A stretch of DNA of 64,000 nucleotides, taken from NCBI GenBank assembly GCA_963833985.1, contig CAWIAD010000002.1, positions 2,560,001 through 2,624,000 of the forward strand, written 5' to 3'. This DNA comes from an uncultured Planctomycetaceae bacterium (lineage in GTDB: Bacteria; Planctomycetota; Planctomycetia; Isosphaerales; Isosphaeraceae). Positions 29,478 to 41,531 of this stretch are shown here, one piece after another. Each line of letters begins with the position of its first letter. Position 1 is the first letter of the stretch. The translations under genes and the position numbers were made by a program. Below the pieces are notes generated by a model. It made no database searches, was not told where the DNA came from, and saw only the letters and a program-made list of their open reading frames with translations.

Positions 29478-30883
29478 CTACCTGGAAAGCATGGTTCGTA
29501 CGTCGGTGAACCGCCCGGTGACGGCCGCGGCCGCGGCCATGGCGGGGCTGACCAGGTGCGTGCGTCCTCCCGGCCCCTGGCGTCCCTCGAAGTTGCGGTT
29601 GCTGGTGCTGGCGGCGCGCTGGCCGGGCTGGAGCCGGTCGGGATTCATCGCCAGGCACATGCTGCATCCGGCCTCGCGCCACTCGGCACCCGAGTCCACG
29701 AAGATGCGGTCCAGCCCCTCCTGCTCGGCCTGGCGCCGGACCTGCTCGCTGCCGGGGACGACCAGCACCCGCACGCCCGCGGCGACCTTGCGGCCCTCGA
29801 ACACGCGGGCCGCCGAGCGCAGGTCCTCGATGCGTCCGTTGGTGCACGAGCCGATGAACACGACATCCACGGGGATCTCTCCGACCGGCGTGCCGGGTTT
29901 CAGGCCCATGTATTCCAGAGCCCGCAGCGCCTCGTTGCGCGCCGGTGGAGCGATCTCCGAGAGATCGGGAATGCGCCCGGTCACATCGACGGTCATCCCG
30001 GGGTTGGTGCCCCAGGTGACCTGTGGAACGAGCGCCGAGGCGTCAATCTGCACGCGCTGGTTGAAGGCCGAGAGATCGTCCGTCTTGAGGGTCTTCCAGT
30101 CCGCGATGGCGTCATCGAGGGCACGGCCCCTGGGTGCGAACGGCCGATCCGTGCGGCTGATGTAATCCAAGGTGGTGTCGTCCGGCGCGATCAGGCCCGC
30201 GCGGCGCCTGCCTCGATGGACATGTTGCAGACGGTCATCCGCCCTTCCATCGACAGTGCCTTGATGGCGGAGCCGTGATACTCGATCACGTGCCCGGTGC
30301 CGCCGCCGGTGCCGATGGTGCGGATGATTGCCAGGATGATGTCCTTTGGCTCCAGGCCTGCGGGGAGCCTGCCGGTCACCTCGATGCCGAGCGACGGCGG
30401 CCGCGGGCCCTGCCAGAGAGTCTGGGTGGCCAGCACGTGCTCGACCTCGCTGGTGCCGATGCCAAATGCGAGCGCGCCGAAGGCGCCATGGGTGCTGGTG
30501 TGGCTGTCGCCGCAGACGATGGTCATGCCGGGCAGCGTCATTCCGAGCTCGGGCCCAATCACATGGACGATTCCCTGGCGGCCGCTCTTGATGTCGTGGA
30601 GCGGAATGTCGAACTCGCGGCAGTTGTCGCGGAGCCGGTCGATCTGCCTGCGCGAGAGCGGGTCGCGAATGTCGATCTGGTTGTCCGTCGGCACGTTATG
30701 GTCAATCGTGGCGACCGTCAGTCCAGGCCGGCGTACCCGCCGGCCGGCGAGGCGCAGGCCGTCAAAGGCCTGGGGACTGGTCACCTCGTGAACCAGGTGG
30801 CGATCGATGTAAAGCAGGGTCGCCTCGGCCGACGACCACACCACGTGGCGATTCCACACCTTCTCGAAGAGCGTCTCTGGCAT
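29478..30883 (-). CDS. leuC: 3-isopropylmalate dehydratase large subunit; apparent indel near 30195
   Basis: [40 protein letters not shown] and [10 protein letters not shown] in two frames. Confidence 0.95.
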
Positions 30884-30896
30884 GCCGGAGGGACCT

Positions 30897-31874
30897 CTAA
30901 CTTTCTGCGGGGTGTGCCGGTGAAAGCGGCGCTGCGGGCAGCGCGGCCATCTCGTCGGCATGGTAGCTGGAGCGGACGAAGGGGCCGCTGGCCACCCGGG
31001 AGAACCCCAGGCCGCGGGCGATCCCCGCCAGGATGTCAAACTCGGCGGGTGGAAGATCGCGCTCGACCGGGAGATGACGCGGCGAGGGCTGAAGATACTG
31101 TCCCAGCGTCAGGAAGTCGCAGCCGGCGGCCCGCAGGTCGGCCAGGGTCTCCACGATCTCCTCGGTGGTCTCGCCGAGTCCGAGCATCAGGCCGCTCTTG
31201 GTCCAGGTGGCCGGGCTGACGTCCTTGACGTGCCGAAGTACCTGAAGGCTGACATTGTACTGGCTCTTGCGGCGCACCTGCTGCTGCAAGCGGGCGACCG
31301 TCTCGAGGTTGTGATTGAAGACCTCGGGGCGGGCGTCCAGCACGCGCTCGATGCAGTCGGCCCGGCCGTCGAAATCGGGCGTGAGCACTTCCACCGTGGC
31401 GCCGGTGCGGCGCCTCACGGCCAGCACGCAGTTGCGGAAATGCGCGGCGCCGCCGTCCTCCAGGTCGTCGCGGGTGACGGAGGTGATGACCACGTGCCGC
31501 AGCCCGAGCCGGAGCGCCGCTTCGGCCAGCCGGTCCGGCTCGTCGGCCGCGACCGCTTCCGGCCTTCCCCGCTTCACCGCGCAGAAACCACAGGGCCGGG
31601 TGCAGGTCTCGCCGAGGATCATGAACGTGGCGGTTCGCCGCGTCCAGCACTCGGAGCGATTCGGGCACCGCGCGCTCTCGCAGATGGTCTCGAGCCCCAG
31701 CTCCGCGACCAGGCTTTTTGTGAAATAAGTGCCGCCGGAGCTGGGAATGGGCCGTTTCAGCCATGCCGGCAGCCGGCGGGTGAGCGGTGCCGGCTCGCCA
31801 TCGGCGAGCACTGCTTCGGCGGCGGGGAGCAAGGGCCACGGGCCGGAATCATCCAGGACTGGGAGCGTAGGCAT
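30897..31874 (-). CDS. lipA: Lipoyl synthase
   Basis: [12 protein letters not shown], radical [18 protein letters not shown] and VRSSYHA. Confidence 0.96.
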   Translation of the reverse strand: MPTLPVLDDSGPWPLLPAAEAVLADGEPAPLTRRLPAWLKRPIPSSGGTYFTKSLVAELGLETICESARCPNRSECWTRRTATFMILGETCTRPCGFCAVKRGRPEAVAADEPDRLAEAALRLGLRHVVITSVTRDDLEDGGAAHFRNCVLAVRRRTGATVEVLTPDFDGRADCIERVLDARPEVFNHNLETVARLQQQVRRKSQYNVSLQVLRHVKDVSPATWTKSGLMLGLGETTEEIVETLADLRAAGCDFLTLGQYLQPSPRHLPVERDLPPAEFDILAGIARGLGFSRVASGPFVRSSYHADEMAALPAAPLSPAHPAES

Positions 31875-32583
31875 GCGACAGGACCTTGCGGCGAATCAGG
31901 GGATGCCCGGTATAAACGTGGTGCCGCTCGAGCCCGAAAGCACGTTCCAGGTGGCGGATCAGCGCCTCGCGCACCTTGGGCATGGGCGTCAACCTCTGGC
32001 GGCGTGATTCCATCGAGGTTTGCCGCAGCGCGGCGGGCCCGATGCCGGGCTCCTCGATCACGCCGAACAGGTCGAGAACCGGCCCCACGTTGATCGTCAG
32101 TCCATGATACGCGATCCAGCGGTTCACAGCCACACCGACCGTGGCCACGCGTGCCTGTCCGAGAAAAACCCCCGGCAGGTCGGCGCGCAGGCTGCCGCGC
32201 AGATCGAACTCCTGGAGGACTCCCAGAATGGCTTCATGAAGGCACGACACGTATCCTGTCAGGCTCAGGCCGAGAGGCTCCAGCGGCACGGCGAGATAGG
32301 CGGCCAGCTGACCCGGGAGATGCAGCACGCAGCCTCCCCCCCGGTTCACCCAGTGGGTGCGGATGCCCAGCGAGCGGAGGCCGTCGTCGGTGGCCGCGAT
32401 GTGAGCGCGGCTGCCCGCTCGACCCACGCTGATGGTGGGCGGGTGCTCGCAGAGCAAAAGCGACGCGGTGCCCTCGTCCCCGACCTGGTAGACGATCTTC
32501 CGTTGCAGCATGAGCAGCTCGCGGAGGTCGACGAGTCCCAGCAGGTGAATTTCCAGCGGAGTGGAAACGGGGGACGCATTCAT
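31849..32583 (-). CDS. lipB: Octanoyltransferase LipB-like
   Basis: LCEHPPTISVGR, RGGG..HLPGQL..Y, HGLTINV; adjacent to lipA. Confidence 0.85.
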   Translation of the reverse strand: MNASPVSTPLEIHLLGLVDLRELLMLQRKIVYQVGDEGTASLLLCEHPPTISVGRAGSRAHIAATDDGLRSLGIRTHWVNRGGGCVLHLPGQLAAYLAVPLEPLGLSLTGYVSCLHEAILGVLQEFDLRGSLRADLPGVFLGQARVATVGVAVNRWIAYHGLTINVGPVLDLFGVIEEPGIGPAALRQTSMESRRQRLTPMPKVREALIRHLERAFGLERHHVYTGHPLIRRKVLSHAYAPSPG

Positions 32584-32778
32584 CGGCGATCGGTCCCCCA
32601 GCGAATCGGAGGCCAGGATTCAGGTTCGCAACGGCAGCGGGCCAGACGCCCGTACGGTCAACTCACTCTACAGAGAGACGACTCGGCCCGGCAAGCCAGG
32701 CTGGGCGGAACGTCGGTGGGGCGTCACACGGGCGCTGCCAGAGGCTGCACATGCGGCCGGCAACCGGGCTCGCCCCGG

Positions 32779-33831
32779 TCAGAACTGCTCCGAGCTGATG
32801 ATTTCCCCGGCGTTGACCGTTGCCAGGGCACGCCACGTCGGCAGGCTGACCGTTTCCTTCACGAAATGGACGCTGCCGTCGGCGAAGAGCACCAGAACGC
32901 CGCCAGGATGATAGCTCCGGCTCGTGACCGCGGCGTAGGTGGGGCCGCCGGAAACCTCTGGAATACCGACCAGGTCCAGGTCCACGTTCGAGGGAGCGCC
33001 GAGCTTGGCCCCGTCGTCTTCGGAGAGGATCACCTTGGTGTTCGGCGCCCAGGCCGTGGTGATGCCGCTCTGGTCCACGCTGCCATCTGCCCAGGAGACG
33101 TGTCCGGCCTGCGAGAGCGGGCAGGCGCCGGCGTCGCTGCCCAGAATCGGAGTGACCTGTGTGGGTGACGGGAAATTCGGGTTCCCCGGGTCGATGTTCG
33201 CGATGGACGAGAGCACCCCGCAGCCGGTCCGCTCGTACTGGTGGCTACGTACTTCCGAAGCCAGCATGGTCATGCTGGTGCCATCACGAAAGTCCGCGAT
33301 GGGCCGGCTGCGGATGGGGCCGAACGCCGTCGAGTTCGGGTAATTGCCGAAACCCCCCCAGACATACCAGTCGCCCACGCACCAGCCCAGGGTGGAAACG
33401 GCACTGGTTCCGAAGGTGGCATCGAAGGGCTGCGGGCTCACCTCGCTGGGGCAGACGAACGAGCCGATCGTCTGCGCCGTCACCGTCAGGTTCACGGGCG
33501 CTTGCTGATGCGTCGTGAAATTGATCGCGGAGTACAGTACGTTTTGTTCGATGTAAGGCAGAATCCGCGCGTTGATGCTCCAGCCGCCCACCCACTCGGT
33601 CGTCGTCCCGGAGCCCGACATGTACATGGAAGCCGGATAGACGCCATAGTTCAATTCATATTCGCTCAGCGCAAGGCCAAGCTGCTTCAGGTTGTTACTG
33701 CACTGAAGCCGGCGTGCCGCCTCGCGCACTGCCTGAAGGGCAGGGAGCAGGAACGCCAGGATCACCATGATGATGAAGAGGACGACGAGCAACTCGATGA
33801 GTGTGAAACCTGTTTTCGTGGCACGAGCCAT
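32779..33831 (-). CDS. DUF1559 prepilin-type protein (H-X9-DG)
   Basis: [37 protein letters not shown] and [18 protein letters not shown]. Confidence 0.93.
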   Translation of the reverse strand: MARATKTGFTLIELLVVLFIIMVILAFLLPALQAVREAARRLQCSNNLKQLGLALSEYELNYGVYPASMYMSGSGTTTEWVGGWSINARILPYIEQNVLYSAINFTTHQQAPVNLTVTAQTIGSFVCPSEVSPQPFDATFGTSAVSTLGWCVGDWYVWGGFGNYPNSTAFGPIRSRPIADFRDGTSMTMLASEVRSHQYERTGCGVLSSIANIDPGNPNFPSPTQVTPILGSDAGACPLSQAGHVSWADGSVDQSGITTAWAPNTKVILSEDDGAKLGAPSNVDLDLVGIPEVSGGPTYAAVTSRSYHPGGVLVLFADGSVHFVKETVSLPTWRALATVNAGEIISSEQF

Positions 33832-34364
33832 GTCAGAGTCCACTTCCGCAGGTAATCAGTTACCGAGCGACCTGCTCAGGCTTCGGGGGCGCAATTCCGC
33901 AATCCAAGCAATCTCCGAGTGGTTGGTGTCATAAGCATGCGGTGCGGGGCTGGTGGCCGGGCAAGGATCGGAGCCACGACTATAATCGGCTGACCAGGAA
34001 GAATCCATCGTCTCTTCGTCAATTTCCGAAAGCTTCCAAGGGTCGCTGTCTCCTGGCCGCAAATGTGCTTTTCCGATCAGAGATTGTGCAAGGATGGACT
34101 CGAATGACCGCTAGGTTCGGTTGCGCCAGCCTGGCCGGTTGCAACCTGCATGCTTCAGGAACGATACGGATCGAGGGGCGTACCGAAGGTTGGCCCTCTC
34201 CTGCCAGCTCAGGTGTGCGCTTCGGTGTGCAGAGGGTGGTCATGCGACTTGCCTATCAATGGTGCATGATTGAAAGCTGTCATCATGCCGCAGCGGTGCG
34301 CAAACGCGTCTGGTTCGTGCCGGCTGTTGTGGATCAGCCGGAGATCTGGAGCGGCTGGTGACGG

Positions 34365-35450
34365 TCACGGGGCCTGGATGACGGAGACGCCGTTGAGCAG
34401 GCGCCGGCCCTGGTGTTCGTCGATGTGGAGGTGTTCGAGCAGGCGGAGGCGTAGCAGCTTGAGCAGGGGGTCGAGCGTTGCGGGGTCCTTGTCGGAGAGG
34501 TTGATCATGCCTCCTGCGCGCTTGTCATGCCCGCCCGCTGCGCCCAGGCCGCCGAGCACTTGCCGCAGGACTTCTCCTGCGCCGCTGCCGAGTCCCGCGG
34601 CTCGCAGCGACAGCTTGAGACCCTGATCGAAGAGCCCGATCGCCAGGGCCCAGTTGACCTGATCGAACCGGATGAAGAAATCGGCAATCTCGGCGATGAT
34701 GTCCGGCTGAGAGACTTCACCGCACCAGCTCACGATCACGTCGCGGTAGAGGAAGGCGTTGATCAGGGCGTTCTGGAAGGTCGCGAAATGGCTCTGGGGC
34801 AGCTTGGGGTTGCGGATCCGTGCGAGCAGGTCCTTGTTGGCACGCGGGAAGAGCCAGACCAGGGCGCCATCGTCCAGGGTGCTCGCCTCGCGGGGGTATC
34901 CGGTCGTCTCGGACTCGATCCCGTACAGGAGGGCCGTCGCAAGCTCCGGAGAGACGGTGACCTTCTGCTCGATGAGGTATCCCGTGATCATCGTGCTCGT
35001 GGCGCCGAGATGATACCGGATATCCTGAAACGTGACGCCGTTGAGAGAGCCTCCGGTCTGGTGGTGGTCGATCACGAACTGAGGCTGGAGCTCCTCACTG
35101 TGCCGGCCCGTGAAGGGCTGGCTATCCACCATGATCACCGCGGTCTCCGGATCGACGCTGGCGTTTTCGACGGGAGTCAGGGCGATGGGGATCATCTCCA
35201 CCATGGCGCGGTTCTCGGCCCTGGCGATCATGCCATCGACGGTCAGGACGACAGACTTGCCGGGTTGGCGGCATTCCACGAGCGCCTTGATCCCGAGCAT
35301 GCTCGCCAGCGAGTCGGGATCCGGATTGACATGAGAAACCACAACCAGGCGCCGGTAGACAGCCAGGGCTTGCAGGAAACGGTCCGAGCGGATCTGCCGG
35401 ACGGTTTCAGGCTGGCACTCGGGTTCCCGAGTCTCGGGATCCGTCTCCAT
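34365..35450 (-). CDS. DHH-family phosphoesterase (NrnA-like)
   Basis: HVNPDPDS, MVD, IDHH and GGHDKRAGG. Confidence 0.9.
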   Translation of the reverse strand: METDPETREPECQPETVRQIRSDRFLQALAVYRRLVVVSHVNPDPDSLASMLGIKALVECRQPGKSVVLTVDGMIARAENRAMVEMIPIALTPVENASVDPETAVIMVDSQPFTGRHSEELQPQFVIDHHQTGGSLNGVTFQDIRYHLGATSTMITGYLIEQKVTVSPELATALLYGIESETTGYPREASTLDDGALVWLFPRANKDLLARIRNPKLPQSHFATFQNALINAFLYRDVIVSWCGEVSQPDIIAEIADFFIRFDQVNWALAIGLFDQGLKLSLRAAGLGSGAGEVLRQVLGGLGAAGGHDKRAGGMINLSDKDPATLDPLLKLLRLRLLEHLHIDEHQGRRLLNGVSVIQAP

Positions 35451-35549
35451 CGTTTACCGTGTCCGGGGATCATGGAGAATCAAAGGAGGGCCGATTGGCG
35501 TCCCGTGCGGATGGCCGCAGCTCGCTGCTGCACGGTCATTCAGTTTAAC

Positions 35550-36359
35550 TCAATGATCCGGCTGGGTGCCAGATTGCCCTGGCGGAGTGGTGACCGCCCC
35601 GGGCTGCGCCGGCTCCGTGTTCTGGAGTCTTGCCGGGCCGGTCCCCCGTCCCCGCGCCAGGTCGCGGGCCTTCTTTTGCTCGTAGTACGATTCGATCTCG
35701 CGGACCATCTCGGGATCAAGGTCGGATGCCGCGGCAGGCGGCTGCCCGGTACGTGCATCACCCCCCGTCCGGAATCCGTACTTCACCTCCACCTGCTCGA
35801 TGACCTCGTTCAGCCCCGCGTCAAACCGCGCCTGCTCGCCGGGACTCAACTGCCTGAGCCCCGATGTCCGCGGTACCGGGCGGTTCACCAGTGCGATCAG
35901 GAGCCCGATGCCGATCAGGAGCACCAGCACATTGAGCCAATCTGCCTGCCGGTGCAGCCCCTGGAGCCGGACGCGGCCGCTCTCTCCGGCATCACGCGCG
36001 GCGTTGATGGCCGGCGTGAGCGAGTTGCCCGCATAGAGCATGATCAACGTACCGCCAAGGATGAGCATGGCCTGAATTGCAACAGTGGGCCCTCGATATT
36101 CGGGGTAGCAGAGAGGCACAGCCACGCAGGCAGGCAAGGCGACCGCGCCGCAGATTGCTCCCCATGTGTAGTATACGGGAAAGAACGCGCGGACGAACTT
36201 GCCTGCGCTTTCCGGCCCGAGGACCTTGAAGATCATCGGGGTCACGGCGAACGAGAAGAAAAGGATGCTTCCCGCCCAGGCCGTGAGCGCCACGACATAG
36301 GCCGAGTCAAAGAGCCCGAGCAAGAATTGAGCGGACACGCGGCGGAAACCCCCAGTCAA
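35550..36359 (-). CDS. DUF4149-like membrane protein
   Basis: Four hydrophobic helices, P.IF..L..E.AG..VR..FP.YY, LTPAINAAR; start uncertain. Confidence 0.7.
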   Translation of the reverse strand: MTGGFRRVSAQFLLGLFDSAYVVALTAWAGSILFFSFAVTPMIFKVLGPESAGKFVRAFFPVYYTWGAICGAVALPACVAVPLCYPEYRGPTVAIQAMLILGGTLIMLYAGNSLTPAINAARDAGESGRVRLQGLHRQADWLNVLVLLIGIGLLIALVNRPVPRTSGLRQLSPGEQARFDAGLNEVIEQVEVKYGFRTGGDARTGQPPAAASDLDPEMVREIESYYEQKKARDLARGRGTGPARLQNTEPAQPGAVTTPPGQSGTQPDH

Positions 36360-36699
36360 GTATCAGGAGGCAGGGCGCGGAAATGCCGGACGAGAACGGT
36401 CGCGGCGCTCACCCGGCCCGGCGGCAACGCCTGCCAGATTCCAGGTTATGCGCTGGCAACCGGATCCGCAACCGTCCTCGAGAGCACGGCCAACCCGGCA
36501 GAGCTGGACTCCTGGAAAAACCTGGTAAGACCCGCCACGGCGGCCGCCCCATGGTCCACGAATTCTTTCAAGAGGCTGTTCAGGCAGGGCCGATCTTCCC
36601 GATACGCCACACGGTTTCCCGCGGCTCGTTCAAGAAATGCGCCGGGCGGACGAATGACGATGAGGCGAATGGCCGAGGTCGATGCGAGAGGGACTGACC

Positions 36700-37455
36700 A
36701 TGGGACTGGATCTGGCCTTGGGCGGAATGATCTTGATTTCGGCCCTCCGCGGCTGGATGAAGGGACTCGTCGCTCAGGCGGTACGTATTGCGGGGTTGGT
36801 TGCATGCTTTTATCTGGCTGACCCGGTCCGCGATCTCGTGCGTCCGTCGGTCCTGGGCAAGATGCCGGCGATGGAGCCCGGCCTGCTGGACCGCATTCTC
36901 TGGTGGGTTGCGGCAGTGGTCTCGTTCATTGTCCTGGTCGGATTGACGACCCTGGCCATCCAGTTGACGCGCACGCCGCCTCCGCCCGGGGCACCGAAGT
37001 CCCGGCGTGACGACCAGTTCGGCGGCCTCTTGCTGGGGGCCGCGAAGGGGCTGCTGGTGACCGCGTTCCTCGCGGCCGCCGTGGAAAAATACGGCGCGGA
37101 CGTGGTTCGCAGCAGCCAGTGGGCCCAGCGTCAGACCAACGGGTCATACGCCCTGAAGTGGACGGAACGTTATCAGCCGGTTCCACGAATCTGGTCGACT
37201 CCGCCGGTTCAAAGTTTTGTCCAGCACATCCAGCGGAACGGTCTGGGCGGCGCCATGCCGCCCGAGCTCGACCCCCAGGTCCCGCGCCAGGCGGCCGCCG
37301 AGGGTCAGACCGAGAAGCGGTTTCCCCGGCTCGACATGCCAAACGCGGAAGCCCCACCGAGTGACCAGGCGGCGCCGACGCTTGACCTGGATGCCGACCT
37401 CGCCCATGAGATCGAAGGCTACAAGTCTGAACTGGAGAATCGTCTGCCGCGGTGA
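36700..37455 (+). CDS. CvpA-family membrane protein
   Basis: LDL...SALRGWMKGLVAQ and DQFGGLLLGAAKG. Confidence 0.8.
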   Translation: MGLDLALGGMILISALRGWMKGLVAQAVRIAGLVACFYLADPVRDLVRPSVLGKMPAMEPGLLDRILWWVAAVVSFIVLVGLTTLAIQLTRTPPPPGAPKSRRDDQFGGLLLGAAKGLLVTAFLAAAVEKYGADVVRSSQWAQRQTNGSYALKWTERYQPVPRIWSTPPVQSFVQHIQRNGLGGAMPPELDPQVPRQAAAEGQTEKRFPRLDMPNAEAPPSDQAAPTLDLDADLAHEIEGYKSELENRLPR

Positions 37456-39613
37456 ACGGCGCAGGACCGTGGCATTGCGGCAGCCTCCCTGCGCGGGCCC
37501 GAGCCAGCAGTACGGCAGGTTTCCCCGACGGTCTGACTGACGTTGACCGGACGTCGCGACCGCGGCACACTTCGGTCCATGAACGCCGAAGCCGACAGCT
37601 CCCCGGCGCTCCCGCTGGAACGGAGTTGAAGCCTGACGGCCCAGGACCCGGGCGGTGGCTCCCGTATTGCCTCATCCTGGGCCTCTACTTCACCTTGCGC
37701 GGCTACCACAGCCTGGATGGCGACCAGGCGTATCGCCTGCCTCTGCTGCTGCATCGGCTTGATCCCACGCTTTACGCCAGCGACCCGTTTGTGCGGGCTT
37801 TTGACGCCTTCAATCCGCACAGAGGCTCGCTCCTGGTGCTGGAGCAGATGCAGCGGTGGCTCGGCTTACCCTGCGGACTCGCTTGCCTCTTCGTCGCCAC
37901 CTTTCTCGCCACCTGCCGCGGCTTTGACCGTCTGGCTCGCGCGGCCCGGGCCGGTACCATCGACTCACCCTGGGCCGGGCCAGTCACGATCGTGCTGGTG
38001 CTGGCCGCCAAGGCGGGAAACATTGGCACCAACCACCTCTTCGAGGCGATGGTGCTGGACCGCCTGATGGCGCTTGCGTTTGGCTGGCTGGCGCTTGCGG
38101 CTGTTGTGGCTGACCCGAGACACGGATGGCACCGTGCGGCGCTCTGGATTGGTGCCGCAACGGTGATCCACCCGTCGCTTGGCATGCAGCTCGGGCTCCT
38201 GGTCGCGTGCTCCTACGTCGTCTGGGCGCTGCCGGGCCTGTCCGCAGAAGTCCGCTGGACGCACGCCTTGCCTGCCACGCTTGCCGTGATCATCGCCTGG
38301 CTACCGGGGCTGGCCTTGAATCTGAACTCGGGCGCCTCCTTGCTTGAAGGTTTACCGCCATCGGACTTCTGGACGCTGGCGGTGGAGCTTCAAGGTCCTC
38401 AGCACATGCTGCCGCATCTCTGGCGTATACCGCAGTGGCTGGCATGGGCTTCCTACTTCGTGCTCGCGGCGCCCGCGCTGCGGTACTGGAGCCCGGGGCG
38501 GTTACGCCTGGTTGTGATGCTTGCCGTCACGCTCGCCGGGCTCGGGGTGAGCTGGCTGGCCATCGAGCTGCTGCATGAGCCGCGCGTGACCGTGTTCCAG
38601 CCGTTTCGCATGGCCACCGTGGCTCGCGGCCTCGCCCTGGTGCTGGTGGCCGGCCGGCTGGTCGAGCTCTGGCGGCGTGGAGATTGGCTGGCGCGGGCCC
38701 GTTGTTCACTGATCGCGGTCGGACTGGCGGGCGACTGGACGCTCGCGGTCGTGACGGTCATCGAAACGGCCGCGACACTGGTGGAGGCCCTGCGTGCCTC
38801 CCGGCGTCTCGTCGTGGCAGCCTGGGCCGTGACCTCGGTGTGCGGCCTTGCCTTCCTCGCACGCCATGACACCCAGTCGGGCCACCGGCAACTCGGCATC
38901 GCTCTGGGGGCCGGTCTCGCGGTCTCGCTCGTCTTGCAGGCGCGCCCCCGGCTTGCCTGTGCTTGCCGTCTGCCCCTGCACTGGATGATGCCGCTGGCCT
39001 GGGGGGTGCCGGCATCGCTCTGGTGGCAAACGTCATTCCCCCCGATCATTCCCTGTCGCAGAGCGCGCTGTGCCGCGCGTTGACGGCCCGCTGCCGGTTC
39101 GCGGACAGGCCGGTGGATGATGTCGAGCGGCTGGCAAGCTGGTGCCGCGAGCACACTCCGCCGGAGGCACGGTTCATCGGTCCCCCCGGCCCCAAGACGT
39201 TCCGGCTCTGGTCCCGGCGATCGCTGGCGTTCAACCGGGCCGCAAGTCCCTATCATGCGGCGGGTCTGGCCGACTGGTTCTCCAGGTTCCAGGACCATGT
39301 CGCTCTGCACGCGGCGCCGGAAGTCTTTGTTAGAAAGTATCTCCGGGCAAGGCACGAGCTGGAGTCCCGGTACGATGAACTGGGCGCGGAGGAGCTGGCC
39401 GGGCTGGCGCGGCGACAGGGTGCCGATCATGTGTTTGCCCTCGCGGAGGCGGGTTGCAGCGGGCCCGGCCCGCTGGAGCTCCTGCATCGCGAGGGCCGCT
39501 ACGCGGTCTACCGGGTCGTCCCCGGTCTTCCGGCCGGATCGCCGCGGCCGGTGCCGGCCAGGGACGTCGCCCTGGTCAGGACCAGGACCAGCGATAACGC
39601 AGGCGATGAGTGA
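37452..39613 (+). CDS. Polytopic membrane protein (DUF6798/GT-C-like); apparent indel near 39010; start uncertain
   Basis: DQAYRLP..DPTLY..D, HP..G, PQHM and QPFR, with a C-terminal domain (WCREHTP, FRLWSRRS) in a second frame. Confidence 0.6.
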
Positions 39614-40223
39614 AGTCCGCGGCGTTGATGGCGGCAAGCGCCTGCACCCGCGTGGCGGTCCTTCCAGCCTCTGCCAGTGCGACCGAGCCGGGTGCATCAG
39701 AGCTCAGCTCGAGGCGGCGTTCCGGTTCCTCGGACCCGGTCGTCCGCTGGCTCCAGCGGATGGTCTGTGTGCTGGCGTCCACAAGGTCACCAGACCCGAG
39801 GCGGACCAGGTAGGTCGCGGCCAGGGCCAGGACCGGCTCTCGGCAACGGTCCGCAACGTCGATCTCGAGCACGATCGACGGGTCCCCGTCCACCTGGCGA
39901 TAGAGGGAGACCGCGGCCGAGAAGTGATGCCGCAGCATGTGGCCCGTGAGCAGCACGCACACGCCGCGAAACCGGTCACCGGCAAGCTCGTGGCGCTGAA
40001 GTTCCTGGTAAACCGGGCTCACGATCCGCGCGGGCTCCTCTCGGCCGGGCTCAACCTCGATGGATGAGACCATTGGCGTCGCGGTCCCACCCGCACTCCG
40101 GGGAAGCCACTCGAGCTGGTGCGTCCAGCAGCCGTTGAGCCGGGTGAAACAGAGGCTTGCACCCGGCCCATCGATCACGAAGCGGTCATCGGTCTGGGCC
40201 CAGATGAACTCTTGTTGTGGCAT
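39576..40223 (-). CDS. Hypothetical protein
   Basis: 215-aa ORF co-oriented 27 bp downstream of prfB, with protein-like composition (SPVYQELQ, EIDVADRCR). Confidence 0.65.
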   Translation of the reverse strand: MPQQEFIWAQTDDRFVIDGPGASLCFTRLNGCWTHQLEWLPRSAGGTATPMVSSIEVEPGREEPARIVSPVYQELQRHELAGDRFRGVCVLLTGHMLRHHFSAAVSLYRQVDGDPSIVLEIDVADRCREPVLALAATYLVRLGSGDLVDASTQTIRWSQRTTGSEEPERRLELSSDAPGSVALAEAGRTATRVQALAAINAADFTHRLRYRWSWS

Positions 40224-40250
40224 GGTTGTCGCGGTTCGTGGCGGACCGTC

Positions 40251-41376
40251 TCAGGTATTGGCCAGATCGCCGGTCCCCTTCGCCAGCTTCATTCGCAGGT
40301 AGGATTCGATGAACCCGTCGATCCCGCCGTCGAGCACGGAGCGGGGGTTACCCACCTCGTGGCCGGTGCGGGAATCCTTCACAAGCTGGTACGGCTGGAG
40401 CACGTACGAGCGGATCTGGCTGCCGAAGCTGACATCGCCCTTCTCGTCATATTTCTTCGCGTACTCGGCCTCGCGTTTTTCTTCTTCCATGCGGATCAGC
40501 TTGGCCTTGAGCAGGGCCAGGGCGTTGGCATCGTTCTTGTGCTGCGAGCGTTCACCCCGGGACTCGGCCGCCACCCCGGTGGGGAGGTGGGTGTAGCGGA
40601 CGCCGGATTCGGTCTTGTTCTGGTGCTGTCCGCCGGGGCCGCCGGAGCGGAAGGTGTCCCGCTTCAGCTCGTCGTCGCGGAGCACGATGTCGATCGTCTC
40701 ATCCACCTCGGGAAGAACGTCCACCGAGGCGAACGACGTGTGCCGCCGGGCCGCCGAATCGTAAGGGCTGATCCGTACCAGGCGATGGACGCCGGTCTCG
40801 CCGCGGAGGTAGCCATAGGCGTAGTCACCCTTGATGTGGATGGTCGCCTCGGCGATGCCGGCTGCGCCGCCTTCCTCGCGATCGGTGATCTGAACCGCGA
40901 GCTTCTTGCTCTCGGCCCACATCAGGTACATGCGCATCAGCATCTCGGCCCAGTCACAGGCTTCGGTGCCACCCGCGCCGGCGTGGATCGTCACGAAGGC
41001 ATTGCAGTGATCGTTGGGGCCGCCCAGCATCGAACGCAGCTCAAAGGCCTCAAGATCGGCCACGGCCTGCGCGGCAGCCGCGCGGACCTCTTCGTCGAAC
41101 TCGTCGCCGCCGGCCTCCTCGGCCAGCTCGAGCAGGGCTTGCAGGTCCTCGGCCTGCCTGACCACATCCTCGAACGGCTTCAGAACACCGTTGAGGGTCT
41201 TGAGCTCGGCGATGATGCCCTTGGCGCGGTCCTGGTCGTTCCAGAAGCTCGGGCTCTGCATCTGCTGGTCCAGCTCGCCGCGGCGTTTCTGCTTTTCGCC
41301 CAGGTCAAAGAGAGTCTCGTAAATGGAGGATCCGGTCGATCACACCTCGGGCGGTTCGATTCAGGTCGGCATCCAC
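40251..41376 (-). CDS. prfB: Peptide chain release factor 2 with programmed +1 frameshift
   Basis: AGGAG SD and GTG start at 41376 give MDADLNRTARGVIDRILHLRDSL, then CTT-TGA-C at 41310-41304. The +1 frame continues DLGEKQ... with GAGGTEACDW, VHRLVRISPY and GGQ. Confidence 0.97.
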
Positions 41377-41531
41377 GGCGAATCTCTCCTCGAGAACCAT
41401 TGCGGGCCTGACGCTCGGAGATCAGACGCTCCGCGACCTTGATTAGAGCCGAAGCCTTGAAGTCGGACCAGACCAACTCATAGACTTACGGCGAGCGATG
41501 CAGGTTCAGGCCACAGGGGAACCCGCCTCCG

